Under the pieces are notes generated by a model. The model saw nothing but the letters and a program-made list of their open reading frames with translations, did not search any database and was not told the origin of the DNA. This document shows, piece after piece, positions 62,730 through 64,000 of a stretch of 64,000 bases of DNA (its first letter is position 1; each line of letters begins with the position of its first letter). The stretch lies in the NCBI GenBank assembly GCA_018650645.1, contig JABIFP010000020.1, forward strand, positions 82,529 to 146,528, in the 5' to 3' direction. This DNA comes from Candidatus Magasanikiibacteriota bacterium (GTDB lineage: Bacteria > Patescibacteriota > Patescibacteriia > Magasanikbacterales > UBA922). Both the position numbers and the translations under genes were made by a program.

Positions 62730-63972
62730 CTTTTCTGGTAAAACAAGAATTGGCAGCGCGATTGGTAATCAGCCATGGGCAAATGATTTGGCAAAGGCAC
62801 TCATTACCGATATGCATACTGAATATGCACAGTTCGGGTCTTCTTATGATTTGTATACACCTGAAGATTTTCCGCACTTAGATTTTGAGCAAGTCGATAC
62901 TGGCATGCATAAAATGTTTCAGACACTTTTGCAAACATATGAGCGAGTTATTATTGTGGGGTCCGACATACCATGGGTTACACAACAAATTATTGAAGCG
63001 AGTTTTTCACTACTCGATACACACGACGCGACAATAATCCCAACCATTGATAAGGGGTATGGCCTAATTGGCATGCGTACGTACGTAGATCTGTTTACAG
63101 ATATTTCACAGTGGAAAAGCCGCGCTAGCGATTATAATTTAGCTACAGAAACTATTGCACTCGCTGAAAAAAAGGGCAAATCTTTGCGCGTGCAAGAAGA
63201 AGTATTTGATATAGATGAAGTGGAAGACATTTCGCTTCTGGCAGAACACATTGATGAATATCCTCACATGAGAAATGTAGATGCCTTTTTAGAAAAACAA
63301 CCAATTCCGTTTAAGGTAAGTATTGTTATCCCTACATACAATGAAGAAGCGAACATTGCACAAGTGGTTTCAGCGCATACGCATGCGGGCATAGAAATCA
63401 TTGTTGCAGACGGCGGCAGTACTGATGCAACGGTTTCTTTAGCCACAAATGCAGGAGCTACCATAATCACTAGTGATGGAGGCCGAGGTGGCTCACTACG
63501 AGCAGGAGCAAAGGCTGCATCCAATGACCTACTCCTCTTTTTACACGCAGATACTGTGCTACCAAAAGGCTGGCTTAAAGCTATCCAGCATGCTATTACA
63601 GAAGGAGCTGTTGGTGGCGCCTTTAAACTCTCTTTCAATAATAGCCATTGGTTTTATACCGGTGGTGCGGCTTACGCAAATATGCGCGCACGCGTCTGCA
63701 GTGCCTATCACGGAGATCAAGCTATGTTTATTCTCCGCAGTGTATATGAATCAATTGGCGGATTTCCTGACGTTCCTATTATGGAAGATGTCATGCTCTC
63801 AAAAAAAATGAAAAAGGCTGGAAAAACAAATCAAGTTCCACTTTCTGTTATTTCTTCCGATAGGCGTATCAAAAATTATGGCAGAATAAAAAGCACCTTT
63901 CGGTACTTCTTAATGAAATCACTTTTTTACTTCGGTGCTTCTCCTTCACTGCTTACAAAAATTTATCGCTAA
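62662..63972 (+). CDS. Two-domain protein: DUF2064-like (nucleotidyltransferase-fold) N-terminal domain + family-2 glycosyltransferase C-terminal domain
   Basis: C-terminal VSIVIPTYNEEANIAQVV...ADGGSTDAT GT-A motif. The N-terminal region resembles the DUF2064/TIGR04282 partners usually encoded next to TIGR04283 GT2 genes. Confidence 0.5.
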   Translation: MHLHMKPTNTNALFFYARPKTSNFSGKTRIGSAIGNQPWANDLAKALITDMHTEYAQFGSSYDLYTPEDFPHLDFEQVDTGMHKMFQTLLQTYERVIIVGSDIPWVTQQIIEASFSLLDTHDATIIPTIDKGYGLIGMRTYVDLFTDISQWKSRASDYNLATETIALAEKKGKSLRVQEEVFDIDEVEDISLLAEHIDEYPHMRNVDAFLEKQPIPFKVSIVIPTYNEEANIAQVVSAHTHAGIEIIVADGGSTDATVSLATNAGATIITSDGGRGGSLRAGAKAASNDLLLFLHADTVLPKGWLKAIQHAITEGAVGGAFKLSFNNSHWFYTGGAAYANMRARVCSAYHGDQAMFILRSVYESIGGFPDVPIMEDVMLSKKMKKAGKTNQVPLSVISSDRRIKNYGRIKSTFRYFLMKSLFYFGASPSLLTKIYR

Positions 63973-64000
63973 ACGTTTTCGTCTACTCGCGGTACCAGTA

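Noticed and set aside
1-64000. CRISPR arrays, rRNA or tRNA genes
   Set aside because: No regularly spaced short direct repeats were found. No 16S/23S/5S-like conserved blocks were found. No cloverleaf with a GTTCGAATC-type T-loop plus acceptor pairing was found in any intergenic gap. The CCGG-TTCGATG-CCGG hairpin at 43041-43055 lacks the other tRNA arms.

Overview
This is a low-G+C bacterial chromosome segment with tightly packed genes. Gene content and the minimal protein forms (rpoA lacking the C-terminal domain, short AlaRS) fit a reduced-genome organism such as Patescibacteria/CPR; I have no search evidence for that. Native content runs as follows. holB, a GT4 glycosyltransferase and mreB at the left edge. 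A MutY/Nth-like glycosylase and two Ca-binding thrombospondin-type-3-repeat envelope proteins, one of them an L,D-transpeptidase. ComEC split into two ORFs. A dTDP-rhamnose cluster (rfbA-like nucleotidyltransferase, rfbB, a cupin epimerase, rfbD) with four paralogous GT2 genes. NUDIX, HIT, SDR and a CDP-alcohol phosphatidyltransferase. A ribosomal operon (infA-rpmJ-rpsM-rpsK-rpsD-rpoA-rplQ-rplM-rpsI). alaS, mnmA, murG, ftsW, rpmA, pheST, rseP, lemA-htpX, a MutS-HNH fusion, and a FAD-oxidoreductase/NapH-like polyferredoxin fusion. The striking signal is compositional. At least five short high-G+C single-gene modules sit in host-like intergenic DNA: 14.5-15.1 kb, 41.9-42.3 kb, 49.6-50.1 kb, 50.5-51.0 kb and 56.8-57.5 kb. 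A further ~200-nt G+C-rich non-coding island sits at 1.44-1.65 kb. Each has an AT-rich upstream region, often a good Shine-Dalgarno, and its own strong intrinsic terminator. One is flanked by perfect 12-bp inverted repeats. There is also an AT-rich island (60.4-61.5 kb) and a gene bracketed by a duplicated 32-bp terminator (40.8-41.8 kb). None of the foreign proteins could be identified from sequence alone except a CheY-like receiver. A structured, probably non-coding region lies at 42.8-43.1 kb. No CRISPR array, rRNA or tRNA gene was recognised.
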